Source: an uncultured Clostridium sp.
Lineage (GTDB): Bacteria > Bacillota > Clostridia > TANB77 > CAG-508
DNA length: 32,000 nucleotides
Reading direction: 5' to 3'
Assembly: GCA_948435735.1 (NCBI GenBank)
Contig: CAOJGX010000003.1
Span: 1,602 to 33,601 of the forward strand
The position numbers were made by a program, and so were the translations under genes. Of the stretch, positions 1-10,479 are shown in pieces. How positions within the stretch are numbered: the first letter of the stretch is position 1; each line of letters starts with the position of its first letter. The notes under the pieces are model-generated. The model ran no database searches, was not told the DNA's origin, and was given only the letters and a program-made list of their open reading frames with translations.

Positions 1-2297
1 ATGGTACTCGTTGAACTATAGATTTTCTTTGGTGAAGTTTGCCATGTAGTACCACCATCAAAACTGTATTCTTTTACGCCTGAATGTTCATCAGTTGCTT
101 TGATGTTTACTTCAACATCTTGATTGGTCCAACCTTGATGATAATCGATTCCTGTAATCGTAGGATAACTACTATCTATTTTTGTTATATTAACTGTTTT
201 TGCTTCACTTTCATTTCCAAGACTGTCTTTTACTTTTACTGTAACAGTGCCATTCGAAGTTACTATACATTGATTACTATTTTGATAAGCTCCACCGTTA
301 AAACTATATTGGATTCCACCAACTCCTGCATCACTTGCTATAACTGATAACGTTGCATTATTTGCCCAATCGGTTGGAACTCCTGTTACATCATGGATGA
401 CAGGCGGTGTTCTATCACTATATACTTTAGCTAATTTACTTAGCACCCCACTCTTATTACCAACATTGTCTTCTACTTCATTGCCTGTTCCTTTCAATAC
501 ATAAACACTTACATATCCATCTCCATCTGGCATTACAGTAATATTTAATGTATCGCCACTAGTTGAAGAACCTATAATTTTACCATTTGTGACAGTAACG
601 TCTCCAATTTCAATCGGCTTTGCTCCAGAACCATTATACTTATTTTCAGTGGTTTGTAACACGACATTACCTTGACTAATCCATTTATAATAATCGCCCG
701 TAATCTGTGGATCATTTGCTTTTATTTCAAAGCTTATCGTATCATCTTTTGTGAATTGTTCAGTATACGTTATATCTATACTAGTAGGAGCGGTGTCATC
801 AAATAGCACCAATTTATAGTCTTTTAACCAACTTACTTCACTTAGATTTCCTGCTTTATCTTCTGCCTGTCCAAAAGCATTACACCAACCTGCTTTATTC
901 GCATTCACTTTATAACTACATGTGAGAACAGTACCATTCCCGCTAGGTACCTTAGTCACATCATTAACTTCCGTATCATTACTGTCCTTTATTTTATTAA
1001 TCTTGAAAAACTGATCTTCATTGTATACACAAGTAGAAGCACTATTTTCATTTATATTAGCATCTGTAAATTCATAATCAATTTTTAATTGTGCACCTTT
1101 TCCTACCCAAATTACCTCCTTGCCTTCCACTGGTTTTATATAACTAGTTCCTGACACTACAGAGACACTTACAAATTTTGCTGTTGGTTTTATAGTATCT
1201 GCAATTATATTCTTTGCAACTCCATCAGCAGTTGTAACTTGTCCATTGTCACCATCTGCTATTGTATAACTAAATTGTTGTACCTTATCAGCGACTATAC
1301 CACCTGCAGTTAAATTTCTGCTATTACCGCCTATAGTTATAGTAGTCTTACTACCATTAATTCTTAAAAATTGTATTATTTTTCCTGCATTACAATAATA
1401 GTTATCGCTCACTAGATTTCCATTACATTCCAATACATACCATTTCTCACTTTGTACATTCGTAATTGTATTCACATTTCCAGCTATATCACAAGCATTT
1501 GGAATATATATTTCTTCTATAGCACCTATCTTTATACTAGTTACTCCTTGACCGCTCTTAACAAGTTCTGGAGCCGTTCCATTTTCATCTCTCCTTAACC
1601 ATTTTATATCACTGTCTTTTATTGGACGTATCGTTGTTCCATCTAATATATAGGCTGGGTCATTTGCAGGCATTTCTATTTTCATATGAGTTACTAGGTC
1701 TGCTCCCACTGCAGGATCTCCAGAACTCTTTAAAGGTGTAATTGTATAGTCCCCCCAGCTTCCTTTCGCAATAATTGTATTCGTCCAAGTATTTTCTTGA
1801 CCTAATATACCCAATTGAATCGATTTACCATTCTCATCCGTAACACTACCATTAATAAAAGTTATTTGTAAACCACCATTATCTTTAGCATCTATATTAT
1901 ATGAAAATGTCAAATAACTTCCATCAACATTATTTTGGTCAGCAGTAACAACTTTCTCTGATTGATCTCCAAACTTTATACCTAGCCTTAAACCTGATAC
2001 AGAACTAATTGCTTTTGAAAAAGAAAATCTTATTTTCAAATTTTCTCCTTTACCATAGTGAGTTCTTTTTTGTGCTATTTCAGTGTTCATTGTTCTAGTA
2101 GTATCCATATAAGCATTCAAAGCTGTTTGATAAATCCCTGCATCCGCTCCTAAAACATTAGTAACATTAGAATTATTCATAACAACTAATTCATCCAACA
2201 TCTTCGTTGCTGCATATCCTTTTATCGATAACACCAGAGATAGTATACCTACTATTATTAATGTAAATAATACTTTTCTAATTTTTGCGTTTTTCAT
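1..2297 (-). CDS. Secreted/surface protein with Ig-like repeat domains; 3' end runs off the window
   Basis: Open minus frame from ATG at 2297 (AGGAGG-type RBS directly upstream) to position 1. Signal-peptide-like N-terminus MKNAKIRKVLFTLIIVGILSLVLSIKGYA. Internal segments such as DRTPPVMTGVPTDWANNATLSVIASDAGVGGIQYSFNGGAYQ...VKDSLGNESEAKTVNITKID are typical of bacterial Ig-like repeats. Absent from the ORF track because the stop lies outside the window. Confidence 0.85.
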   Translation of the reverse strand, partial: MKNAKIRKVLFTLIIVGILSLVLSIKGYAATKMLDELVVMNNSNVTNVLGADAGIYQTALNAYMDTTRTMNTEIAQKRTHYGKGENLKIRFSFSKAISSVSGLRLGIKFGDQSEKVVTADQNNVDGSYLTFSYNIDAKDNGGLQITFINGSVTDENGKSIQLGILGQENTWTNTIIAKGSWGDYTITPLKSSGDPAVGADLVTHMKIEMPANDPAYILDGTTIRPIKDSDIKWLRRDENGTAPELVKSGQGVTSIKIGAIEEIYIPNACDIAGNVNTITNVQSEKWYVLECNGNLVSDNYYCNAGKIIQFLRINGSKTTITIGGNSRNLTAGGIVADKVQQFSYTIADGDNGQVTTADGVAKNIIADTIKPTAKFVSVSVVSGTSYIKPVEGKEVIWVGKGAQLKIDYEFTDANINENSASTCVYNEDQFFKINKIKDSNDTEVNDVTKVPSGNGTVLTCSYKVNANKAGWCNAFGQAEDKAGNLSEVSWLKDYKLVLFDDTAPTSIDITYTEQFTKDDTISFEIKANDPQITGDYYKWISQGNVVLQTTENKYNGSGAKPIEIGDVTVTNGKIIGSSTSGDTLNITVMPDGDGYVSVYVLKGTGNEVEDNVGNKSGVLSKLAKVYSDRTPPVIHDVTGVPTDWANNATLSVIASDAGVGGIQYSFNGGAYQNSNQCIVTSNGTVTVKVKDSLGNESEAKTVNITKIDSSYPTITGIDYHQGWTNQDVEVNIKATDEHSGVKEYSFDGGTTWQTSPKKIYSSTST

Positions 2298-2514
2298 ATG
2301 TTTCCTCCTAAACTTATATACAATTATAAAGTTCTTTCGTTTTATTAAATCTTTCTAAATTAATTAAACATTTTTTTAGAAGGAAAGTCAATAGTCAATT
2401 TCTGGTAAAAGCCTTAAAAATAGCACCTTTGGCATATTAATTTTCTTACGGATTAAAAGCTTTTGCGAGCTTTTTTTAAGAAATATATCTTTTTTATTAC
2501 ATTTTTAGTGACAA

Positions 2515-2550
2515 AATAAAAAAACATCGCGGAAATGCACTTTCCACGAT
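2515..2550 (-). terminator. Rho-independent terminator downstream of the ATPase gene
   Basis: Minus strand ATCGTGGAAA-GTGCA-TTTCCGCGAT (10-bp stem with one G-T pair) followed by GTTTTTTTATTTT. Confidence 0.75.
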
Positions 2551-2592
2551 TTTCCAGTTTTTTAAATTTGTATTCAATATCTGTTTCTTCTT

Positions 2593-3798
2593 TTAATAAG
2601 AGTCTTCTAATAACCAATCTATTACATTTTTATGAATAATTCCATCTTGTGAAAAATCAAATTTATCCATTGTTATAACATATTTAGGAAAATTATCTTC
2701 AATTTTCTTAAATACTCCAAATTCTCTTTCTACAACCGAATCATCAGCTAAAATATAAGCTACTTGAACATATATTTTCTCACCAAATCTTGTTGCTATA
2801 AAATCGATTTCCCCATTTTCTAAATTTCCTACTTTTACATCATAACCAGAAGATAATAGTTGATTATAAACAATATTTTCTAAATAGGCTCCTAATTGTG
2901 GTCTTTTCCCAATATTCATGATTTGCCCAAAACCTAAATCTGTTAAATAATATTTATATTTGCCATTTAATATCCTTTTTCCTCTTACATCATATCGGTC
3001 TACTTTACTTACCATCATAGCTTTTGACATATATTCTAAATAGTTGTATAACGTCACTTTTGAAACTTCTCTGCTCTCTTTATTGGCAAAGTAATTCGAT
3101 AAACTCTCGGCAGAAAAATTTTGAGATGGTGTTGTAACAATGTATTCTACAATTCGATTAAATAAATCCAAATCTTTTATATTAAATCTTGTTATAATAT
3201 CTTTTACCAAAATAGAATCATAAATATCAGACAAATACGTTCTTGTTTGAAATTCGTCTGTCATCATAAATCTTTGTGGCATGCCCCCCCACATCATATA
3301 ATCTTCAAATGCTTCTTCTCTATCACTTCGATTGGTTATCTGTTTTAACTCACATACTTCTTTAAATGTGAATGGATATATTTTAAAACTTACATATCTT
3401 CCTGCTATATGAGTTGCTAATTCTCCTGATAATAAATCACTATTAGAACCTGTAATAAATATGGATACATTTTTCGATGCCTTAAATGAATTGACTGCTT
3501 TTTCCCAATGCTCAACATTTTGAATTTCATCAAAAAATAAGTAATATTTTTCCTCATTGATGATTTTTTTCTGAATAAATTCATGCAAATCTAAATCATT
3601 TTTGATATAAGCATAATCTTCATATTCAAAATTAATATAAATAATTTGTGATTCTGGTATCCCTTTTTCTTTTAATTCATCCATTATCTGCAACAACAAA
3701 ACAGATTTGCCACATCGTCTTACGCCTAGGATGACTTTTATCAAATCTTGGTCATAAAACGGTCTGATTTTAGATAAATATCTCTCACGAACAATCAT
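2593..3798 (-). CDS. AAA-family ATP-binding protein, DUF4143-type
   Basis: Walker A GVRRCGKSVLL, Walker B YYLFFDEIQNVEHWEKAV, sensor ITGSNSDLLSGELATHIAGRYV, C-terminal DUF4143-like region (LENIVYNQLLSSGYDVKVG...EIDFIA). Confidence 0.9.
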   Translation of the reverse strand: MIVRERYLSKIRPFYDQDLIKVILGVRRCGKSVLLLQIMDELKEKGIPESQIIYINFEYEDYAYIKNDLDLHEFIQKKIINEEKYYLFFDEIQNVEHWEKAVNSFKASKNVSIFITGSNSDLLSGELATHIAGRYVSFKIYPFTFKEVCELKQITNRSDREEAFEDYMMWGGMPQRFMMTDEFQTRTYLSDIYDSILVKDIITRFNIKDLDLFNRIVEYIVTTPSQNFSAESLSNYFANKESREVSKVTLYNYLEYMSKAMMVSKVDRYDVRGKRILNGKYKYYLTDLGFGQIMNIGKRPQLGAYLENIVYNQLLSSGYDVKVGNLENGEIDFIATRFGEKIYVQVAYILADDSVVEREFGVFKKIEDNFPKYVITMDKFDFSQDGIIHKNVIDWLLEDSY

Positions 3799-3947
3799 AA
3801 ATTTCTCCTTTTTATTTCATTATACTGTATTTTTTTGTAATTGTCAATATTTTTGTACATCATACTAAACAAAATTATATTTTTTTATCGTTTTATTTAG
3901 TATATTATTTTATTTTTAAGATTATTCGTATTTTTTACTATACAATT

Positions 3948-5300
3948 TTATACTGTCAAAGTTCCTCCCGGCGTATCTAAAATGACTAAAATATCCTCTT
4001 CTTCCCCTGTTTCACAATTGATATATACCAAAAATTCTCGATCTTCTACTTTCCCTTTAAACTCATAACATAAAATTTCTGTTTTCCATTCGGTTGGAAT
4101 AATTGCCATTCCTTCATCTAAAATGACTAAATCTTGATTTAAGTTTTCACGTGCTTCATCAATGGTTACTTGCACTTCGTTAAATTCTCTGCTTGTATGG
4201 GAATTTAAATAGCCATCTGTTTCAATTCCTAAAACTTCGCCATTATCTAAAGCAAGCTTCACTTTTATCAAATCTGGATATACGACAATTCCATCATATT
4301 CATATGCATAATTAACGGTCACAATATTTTCTAGCTTTGTAAAATAGGTTTCTTTCATATTATCAAAACCCTTTTCCGCTAAAAACTTTTTGCCAATTTC
4401 ATTGACTTCCTCTTGTGATAATTTTTCTTCTGAAACTTGGCGATTATTCTGTATTTCCACAACCCAACCACCTTTTTGTGCAATTTCTATATTGGCTTTA
4501 TTTTCTTGACCTTTTAGTTTTACGGAAAAATCATAGGCTGGAATATCGGCATTTTGTAGGAATTGATTGAATTCAATGCTTTCAATTTTGTCTTCTCCGA
4601 AAAAGTCTTTTACTTTTTGATTGGCTTCTTGTTCGGAAATATCATCACCAATAAGCCCCACCTTATCGGCTTTGTTGATATGATCTGAGTAGGCTCCATC
4701 ATAAATTAGACCCTCATATTGTTTCAAATTGGAATCAATATTGGAAAAGACTGAAACATTATCGACTGCTTGTGCATATTCTAAGGAATTTTGTTTGGTT
4801 AAATCATCCCACTGAATGGTTCCTGCGTATAGTTCGTCTGATAGTTGGTTGAGCGTTTCTTCTAATTGCATACTATATCGATGCAAGGCTTTCAAATTTT
4901 CAAAGTCTTCGTCTGACAATTCCTCATTTTTGATATTTTTTCGAGAAAGTGAATAAGAATAGTCGCTTACTTGATTTAAAAACTTGGCTGTTTGTGAAAG
5001 TTCTTCTGTATTCATGGGGATTCCTGTTAAATAAACAAGTGCTAAATTGGAATCTCTCCATACTTCTGTTAAAGTTTCAGCACTATGTTCTGGACTTTTG
5101 GAAATCATAGATTTAGCAAGTAAGCTTTCTACGCTGTTCATATAATTTACTAAATTTCCAAAGGCTTCATTGTAATCATTGGTTTGTAAAGTAGCATAAC
5201 TTTCGTTAGTTCGAAAGGCGTAATAGCCAATGGCTACTGCAATTGCTGCTAACAATATAATGACTATGCTGAAAATTTTATTTTTTACTCCACAATTCAT
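3948..5300 (-). CDS. ypeB: Germination protein YpeB-like, PepSY domain-containing
   Basis: N-terminal TM helix followed by YpeB-like sequence (YATLQTNDYNEAFGNLVNYMNSVESLLAKSMISKSPEHSAETLTEVWRDSNLA); C-terminal PepSY-like repeats. Confidence 0.85.
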   Translation of the reverse strand: MNCGVKNKIFSIVIILLAAIAVAIGYYAFRTNESYATLQTNDYNEAFGNLVNYMNSVESLLAKSMISKSPEHSAETLTEVWRDSNLALVYLTGIPMNTEELSQTAKFLNQVSDYSYSLSRKNIKNEELSDEDFENLKALHRYSMQLEETLNQLSDELYAGTIQWDDLTKQNSLEYAQAVDNVSVFSNIDSNLKQYEGLIYDGAYSDHINKADKVGLIGDDISEQEANQKVKDFFGEDKIESIEFNQFLQNADIPAYDFSVKLKGQENKANIEIAQKGGWVVEIQNNRQVSEEKLSQEEVNEIGKKFLAEKGFDNMKETYFTKLENIVTVNYAYEYDGIVVYPDLIKVKLALDNGEVLGIETDGYLNSHTSREFNEVQVTIDEARENLNQDLVILDEGMAIIPTEWKTEILCYEFKGKVEDREFLVYINCETGEEEDILVILDTPGGTLTV

Positions 5301-5436
5301 TTTTTATCTTTCCTCCCACAGATTATTTCTACTATTATTTCCATCTATGATTTTAATATTCCAAATATTGTAATTTTATTTTTTACATGATATAATCATA
5401 AACAATAAATATAAAAAATTCATCTAAGGAGTTTTT

Positions 5437-6577
5437 ATGAAAAAAATTTTAATTTTTTATGGTTCTTATGGTGGTGGGCATTTATCTGCTGCAAGGTCGA
5501 TTGAAACTTATATCAAATCTCATTATTCAGACATAGAAGTAAAATTAGTCGACTGTATTGAATACATAAACAAACATCTAAATAAATTATTAGCAGATAG
5601 TTATAACGAAGCTGCCAAAAAGGCACCACTCGCTTGGAAAACTGCTTATCATTTAGCCAATGATGGTCTAACTTCTAAAGCTGTCACCACTTCAAATAAA
5701 CTGTTTTCCATCAAACTAAATAAATTACTTCAAGATTTTCGGTCCTGATTTGATTATTTCCACCCACCCTTTTGGAACCCAAATGTGTGGTGTGCTAAAG
5801 AAAAAAGGAAAGATTAACTGCCAATTAGCTACCATTTTGACAGATTTTCATATTCACGGTCAATGGCTTGTTTTCCATGAATATTGTGATTATTTTTTTG
5901 TTGCTAACAATCAAATGAAAAGTGATATGGTAGAATTGGGTGTTCTTGAGGAAAAAATTTATGTTTCAGGAATTCCTGTTTCTGAAACATTTAAAGAAAC
6001 GTTTGATCGAGAAAAAATTTGCCAAGAATTTGATTTAAATCCAAATGAGCAAACTGTATTATTTTTCGCAGGTGGAGAATTTGGCCTTGGTAATAAAACA
6101 ACTGTCATGGTACTAAAAGCCTTGATTCGACTATTTTCAAAACTTCAAGTAGTGGCTATTTCTGGGAAAAACCCTAAAATGAAAGCAAAACTAGAGGAAT
6201 TAGTTAAAAATACAGATTCTGATGAACGTATTAAAATTTTAGAATATACCAACAAAGTACCAGAACTGATGTCTATTTCCTCCTTTGTTATTACAAAGCC
6301 CGGTGGTCTTACTTCAACAGAAAGTTTGACAGCTCATTTGCCAATGATTATTATTAATCCAATTCCAGGTCAGGAGGAGGAAAATGCTCAATTTTTAGTG
6401 GAAAAGGGAGTTGCTGTTTGGATTAAGAAAAATGACAATATTGCAAGGGCTTTGAAAGAATTATATCGTGATCAGAAAAAGTTACCTCTAATGAAAGAGA
6501 ATGCGATTGCTTTGGCAAAACCGGATTCGACAGGGGATATTTGTAGGGTGTTATTAGAAAGAAAGAAAGAAATTTAA
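5437..6577 (+). CDS. Processive diacylglycerol glucosyltransferase / MGDG synthase family (UgtP-like), requiring one +1 frameshift at CGG 5740-5742
   Basis: Frame 1 (5437..5748) gives MKKILIFYGSYGGGHLSAARSIETYI...LLQDF. The +1 frame (5744 onward; track ORF 5750..6577) continues PDLIISTHPFGTQMCGVLKKKG...KPGGLTSTESLTAHLPMIIINPIPGQEEENA. The join is TTT-CGG-T-CCT-GAT-TTG. Confidence 0.85.
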
Positions 6578-6605
6578 CAAACACAGATTTCCTAGAAAGA
6601 TAAAT

Positions 6606-6633
6606 AAATTCCAGTTTAAAACTGGAATTTTTT
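6606..6633. terminator. Bidirectional terminator between convergent glycosyltransferase and recR
   Basis: aaattccagtttaaaactggaattttttaca: self-complementary AAATTCCAG/CTGGAATTT with flanking A and T tracts. Confidence 0.7.
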
Positions 6634-7231
6634 ACATCTCACTTCTCCCCTCCAAAGCCTTCATAAGCGTAATCTCATCCGTATACTCCAAATCTCCACC
6701 AACCGGAATTCCTCTTGCAATCCTCGTCACTTTAATTCCCATTGGCTTGACCAATTTTGAAATATACATCGAAGTAGCCTCTCCTTCCACACGTGGATTT
6801 GTCGCTAAAATAAGTTCTTTCACATCTCCATTCATTAAGCGCGAAAGAAGTTCTTTAATTTTGATATCATCTGGGCCAATTCCATTCATTGGCGAAATAG
6901 AACCATGCAAAATATGATACACACCTTTAAATTCATTGGTTCGTTCCATGGCAAAAACATCACGCACATCCTCTACCACACAAATTGTGCTTTGGTCTCT
7001 TTTTACGTCAGCACAAATATTGCATGGGTCTGTATCGGAAATGTTGAAACATTTGGAACAAAATTTCAGATTTTTCTTGGCATTTAAGATAGCATCTGTA
7101 AATTCTTGAGCTTCTTCTTGGCTAATATCTAACATATAAAATGCCAAACGTTGAGCGGTTTTGTGCCCAATGCTTGGTAATTTTTCAAAATTTTCAATTA
7201 ATTTTTCAATGGATGGTGAATAATTGGCCAT
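6632..7231 (-). CDS. recR: Recombination protein RecR
   Basis: [17 protein letters not shown] helix-hairpin-helix, Cys4 zinc finger [16 protein letters not shown], Toprim region [13 protein letters not shown]...[18 protein letters not shown]. Confidence 0.97.
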   Translation of the reverse strand: MANYSPSIEKLIENFEKLPSIGHKTAQRLAFYMLDISQEEAQEFTDAILNAKKNLKFCSKCFNISDTDPCNICADVKRDQSTICVVEDVRDVFAMERTNEFKGVYHILHGSISPMNGIGPDDIKIKELLSRLMNGDVKELILATNPRVEGEATSMYISKLVKPMGIKVTRIARGIPVGGDLEYTDEITLMKALEGRSEM

Positions 7232-7267
7232 TTTTTTGTCCTTTTCTGATTTTTTTGTTTATAAAAA

Positions 7268-7294
7268 GGGTCGATATGGGCATCGACCCCTACG
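7268..7294 (+). repeat. Dispersed palindromic element, copy 1
   Basis: GGGTCGAT-ATGGGC-ATCGACCC-CTACGG. Confidence 0.75.
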
Positions 7295-7357
7295 GTTAAC
7301 TGGTTTATTTTTGTGTGATTGTAATTTTTTATATAATCTTTTATGATTGAGGTAACC

Positions 7358-7382
7358 GGGCGATTGATAATCGCCCCTACGG
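7358..7382 (+). repeat. Dispersed palindromic element, copy 2
   Basis: GGGCGATT-GAT-AATCGCCC-CTACGG. Confidence 0.8.
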
Positions 7383-7383
7383 T

Positions 7384-7728
7384 TTACATTAATCCTGGAA
7401 TGTTGTATTTGCCGAAACTTTGGTTTTGGGCTTCGTCTACTTTGCGTAGGGCTTCGTTGATACAGGTTAGGATTAAATCTTGTAGCATTTCAACATCTTC
7501 TGGGTCAACTACTTCTGGTTTTATTTTGATTTCTTTTATGACTTTTGCTCCTGTTACCGCAACAGATATTGCATTTCCTCCAGCAGATGCCTCAAATACT
7601 TTTTCTTGCAATTCTTCTTGTGTTTTTTCCATATCTTCCTGCATTTTTTTGGCTTGTTTCATGAGTTGACTCATGTTCATTCCGCCAAATCCTCCCATTC
7701 CTCCTGGAAATCCTCCTCTTTTTCCCAT
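7384..7728 (-). CDS. ybaB: YbaB/EbfC nucleoid-associated protein (start moved in from track start 7809)
   Basis: ATG at 7728 preceded by GGAGAG RBS; [40 protein letters not shown]...; standard dnaX-ybaB-recR order. Confidence 0.92.
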   Translation of the reverse strand: MGKRGGFPGGMGGFGGMNMSQLMKQAKKMQEDMEKTQEELQEKVFEASAGGNAISVAVTGAKVIKEIKIKPEVVDPEDVEMLQDLILTCINEALRKVDEAQNQSFGKYNIPGLM

Positions 7729-7801
7729 TTTGTTCTCTCCTTTCCTAATTATGATAATATTTCGATAGTATTTTAATAAAATTTTAAAAAATAATGATAT
7801 T

Positions 7802-9376
7802 TTAATCAATTATATTAATATCAATCCCTAAATCTTCAAATCCTGTTGCACTACTTGAAGTTGTCGCTGGTGCAGTTTTTCCGTCTTTTAGTTTGATATT
7901 AATCTCATTCCCTGTTAAAGTTGCGATTGTTTTGATTAAATCATTTCGATTGGTTATATCTTCTAAGATTTTTTTGTTGAATTCCGTCAATCCATTAGGA
8001 AACTCGATTTCCCATGTTTGATCATTTAGTTTGTTTAGGGTTGTGTTAACTAAACAAGTGTATAATCTAATTTTTCCAGTCTTTTTTAAGGTATCTATAA
8101 TGGCTTTCCAATCTTCACTTGGTTTTCCTGTTGAAACCATTGGTTTTGGAGCAGTTTTGGTTTCTACTGGTCGAGTGGTTGCTTGCCTCATTGGTTGTGA
8201 ACTTTGGGTTGCTACACTGATTGGAGTTGTCTTGATTTGGTTTAGTTTTTGTTCTAATTGCATCACTTTGTTTTCTAAAGCAGAAATATCTCCACTGGTT
8301 TGATTCATGCAAAGTTTTATAACACCTGTTTGAAATAAAATCGTTTTTTGCGAAGCGTTTTTGATACTACTTTCCAAATCAGATAATTGATAAATGATAT
8401 GCAAAAGCTTTTCTTTTTCTGTTTGATTCGCTAAATTTTTAATTTCTAATAATTCTTCTTCTGAATATAAATTTAGCTTTTGGGTTGATTTGTAAATTAA
8501 TATATCTTTGCAATATTTAATGACTTCCCATAAAAAATTATATAAGTCTTTGCCATTATCAATTACTTCCTCAATCGCTTCTAGTGCAACCATTTCCTGA
8601 TTTTCTAGTATGGCTTTTGTTAATTTATGAATGGCTTGCAAGCTTGGCAAACCGACTAAATCTTTGACTAAATCAATTGTAATTTCTTCTACACTTTCTT
8701 GACTGCATCTTTCTAAAATGCTGATAGCATCACGCATTGCACCTTCTGCAAGAACAGCTATCGTTTTTAGGGCATCTTGCGTTATTTTGATATTGGATTC
8801 TGAACAAATGATTTTTAGCCTTTTGACAATATCGTCTTCTTTTATTTTTTTGTAGTCAAATCTTTGGCAACGAGAAAGTATTGTGGCTGGAAGTTTTTGT
8901 GGTTCAGTGGTTGCTAAAATAAATTTGACATGTTCTGGTGGCTCTTCTAGGGTTTTTAGTAACGCATTAAAGGCTCCTACAGAAAGCATATGAACCTCAT
9001 CGATAATATAGACTCTATATTTTGCTTTGGTTGGTAAAAAATTGACTTCACCGCGAATACTACGGATATCTTCCACGCTGTTGTTTGAAGCAGCGTCCAT
9101 TTCTACTACATCGGTTAGGGAACCGTCTAAAATACTTTTGCAAATTTCACATTCATTGCATGGCTCGCCGTCTTGCGGATTGAGGCAATTGACAGCACGT
9201 GCTAAAATTTTAGCAGAGGTTGTTTTTCCTGTTCCACGCCCACCACTCATTAAATAGGCGTGACCAACACGACCTGCTATGATTTGATTTTTAAGTGTTT
9301 TTGTAATATGTTCTTGACCAACCATATCTTCAAATTTGAGTGGTCTAAAAGTTCGATATAATGCTGTATAGGCCAT
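7802..9376 (-). CDS. dnaX: DNA polymerase III subunit gamma/tau
   Basis: [32 protein letters not shown]...[23 protein letters not shown]...[17 protein letters not shown]...YIIDEVHML. Confidence 0.98.
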   Translation of the reverse strand: MAYTALYRTFRPLKFEDMVGQEHITKTLKNQIIAGRVGHAYLMSGGRGTGKTTSAKILARAVNCLNPQDGEPCNECEICKSILDGSLTDVVEMDAASNNSVEDIRSIRGEVNFLPTKAKYRVYIIDEVHMLSVGAFNALLKTLEEPPEHVKFILATTEPQKLPATILSRCQRFDYKKIKEDDIVKRLKIICSESNIKITQDALKTIAVLAEGAMRDAISILERCSQESVEEITIDLVKDLVGLPSLQAIHKLTKAILENQEMVALEAIEEVIDNGKDLYNFLWEVIKYCKDILIYKSTQKLNLYSEEELLEIKNLANQTEKEKLLHIIYQLSDLESSIKNASQKTILFQTGVIKLCMNQTSGDISALENKVMQLEQKLNQIKTTPISVATQSSQPMRQATTRPVETKTAPKPMVSTGKPSEDWKAIIDTLKKTGKIRLYTCLVNTTLNKLNDQTWEIEFPNGLTEFNKKILEDITNRNDLIKTIATLTGNEINIKLKDGKTAPATTSSSATGFEDLGIDINIID

Positions 9377-9404
9377 ATTAAAAACACCTCATTTCTCATA
9401 AATT

Positions 9405-9536
9405 TAAGGCTCCCCTTAAGGAAGGCATGTCATTCACATAAATACACTACTTATCGCTGCTTTCTCTCGAACCTGACGAGATTCATAGCTTTTTATTGAA
9501 ACATACCTTCCTTAAAAGAAGCCTCGTTCAACTGCC
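9405..9536 (-). ncRNA. ffs: Signal recognition particle RNA (4.5S-like), directly upstream of dnaX
   Basis: Minus strand core CTCGTCAGGTTCGAGAGAAAGCAGCGATAAG matches the SRP domain IV (GUCAGGuccGGAAggAAGCAGC), with a GAGA tetraloop on a TTC/GAA stem. A roughly 20-bp outer helix pairs GAGGCTTCTTTTAAGGAAGGTATG with CATGCCTTCCTTAAGGGGAGCCTT. Synteny with dnaX as in Bacillus scr. Ends are approximate. Confidence 0.92.
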
Positions 9537-9540
9537 TTTT

Positions 9541-9569
9541 ATTATATAATGAATTTTAGTGTTTGGCAA
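9541..9569 (-). promoter_or_regulatory. Sigma-A-type promoter of the SRP RNA gene
   Basis: Minus strand TTGCCA (9569-9564), 17-nt spacer, TATAAT (9546-9541), predicted start about 9536. Confidence 0.85.
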
Positions 9570-9640
9570 GAGTTTTTTGAGGAATTTTTCTTTCATTTTA
9601 TTCTATCATTTTCAATTTATTCATAAATTCATCTTTCATT

Positions 9641-10468
9641 CTAAATCTTTACTTCCTTAAAGAAATTATAATACTTCACATCCTCCAAAATTTCAATGAT
9701 ATACCCACTTTTTACACTTCCACTTTCTGTTTCTAATTTTAAATCTGCACTTACATTACAAAGAAATTTCTCATCTAAATGATTTTTCAAATGAATGGTA
9801 AAACTGATTTTAGGTGATAAATCCTTCAAATTAATATCTAAATTATTAAAAATTCTTCCATCAAACGAAACTAAACCATTCTCTTTTGTAACTTGATAGT
9901 TGTTAATCACTTCTTTATTTATATACCCCAAAGTAATTGGATTTGAACAATCTGTGAAAAATACTGGTTTATGGTAATCTGTATTTTCGTTTTCTTCGTT
10001 CGTATAAATGATTTCATATTTTAACTGATCCGTTATTTCATTTTCATCAAGCATTCTGAATTTTGAAATTTCAAGTGGATTTTTATAATATAAAGTTGGT
10101 GTGCCATAGCGATAACCAAGATCAATTTTGAAATTATCTAGATATAACTCTTTTATCGTGTTTTCTTCTGTAATTTCTTCTTTGAAATTATCGATATAAA
10201 GCGCAATATCTGAATATTGATAAATACTCAAATCTTGCAAATTCTGTTCTACCGTCTTATCAATCGCCTCTGCACTGCTATATTTGATGATTTTTGCCAC
10301 TCGAAAAACAGGATTTCGATTGGCGTCAGCGACTACAATTAATTCTTTTACAAATCGATTTCGACTCACTATTCTCGAAAAAATAAATCGATAATCCACA
10401 TACAAGATTGCCAATATTATGAAACATAATATTGGCAAAGCAAATTTTTTTAACGTTTTTTTCAACAT
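9641..10468 (-). CDS. Hypothetical protein with N-terminal TM anchor
   Basis: Intact 275-aa ORF, N-terminal LKKFALPILCFIILAILYVDYRFIF hydrophobic segment, no family I recognise. Confidence 0.7.
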   Translation of the reverse strand: MLKKTLKKFALPILCFIILAILYVDYRFIFSRIVSRNRFVKELIVVADANRNPVFRVAKIIKYSSAEAIDKTVEQNLQDLSIYQYSDIALYIDNFKEEITEENTIKELYLDNFKIDLGYRYGTPTLYYKNPLEISKFRMLDENEITDQLKYEIIYTNEENENTDYHKPVFFTDCSNPITLGYINKEVINNYQVTKENGLVSFDGRIFNNLDINLKDLSPKISFTIHLKNHLDEKFLCNVSADLKLETESGSVKSGYIIEILEDVKYYNFFKEVKI

Positions 10469-10479
10469 AACTACTCCAT

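Noticed and set aside
84-347. Plus-strand ORF 87 aa and other short antisense ORFs (e.g. 6905..7087, 7343..7669, 9027..9257, 11714..11980, 14118..14387)
   Set aside because: They lie opposite well-supported minus-strand genes, have no RBS, and their compositions are shadow translations.
5740-5743. Simple sequencing homopolymer error as explanation for the frameshifts
   Set aside because: None of the three sites is a homopolymer run and all three share CGG at the exact break. Not fully excluded without reads; assembly error or real point insertions remain possible.
5437-6577. Treating 5437..5748 and 5750..6577 as two separate genes
   Set aside because: The second ORF lacks an RBS, starts at a TTG inside a conserved motif (PDLIISTHPF), and the two parts join seamlessly with a single +1 shift.
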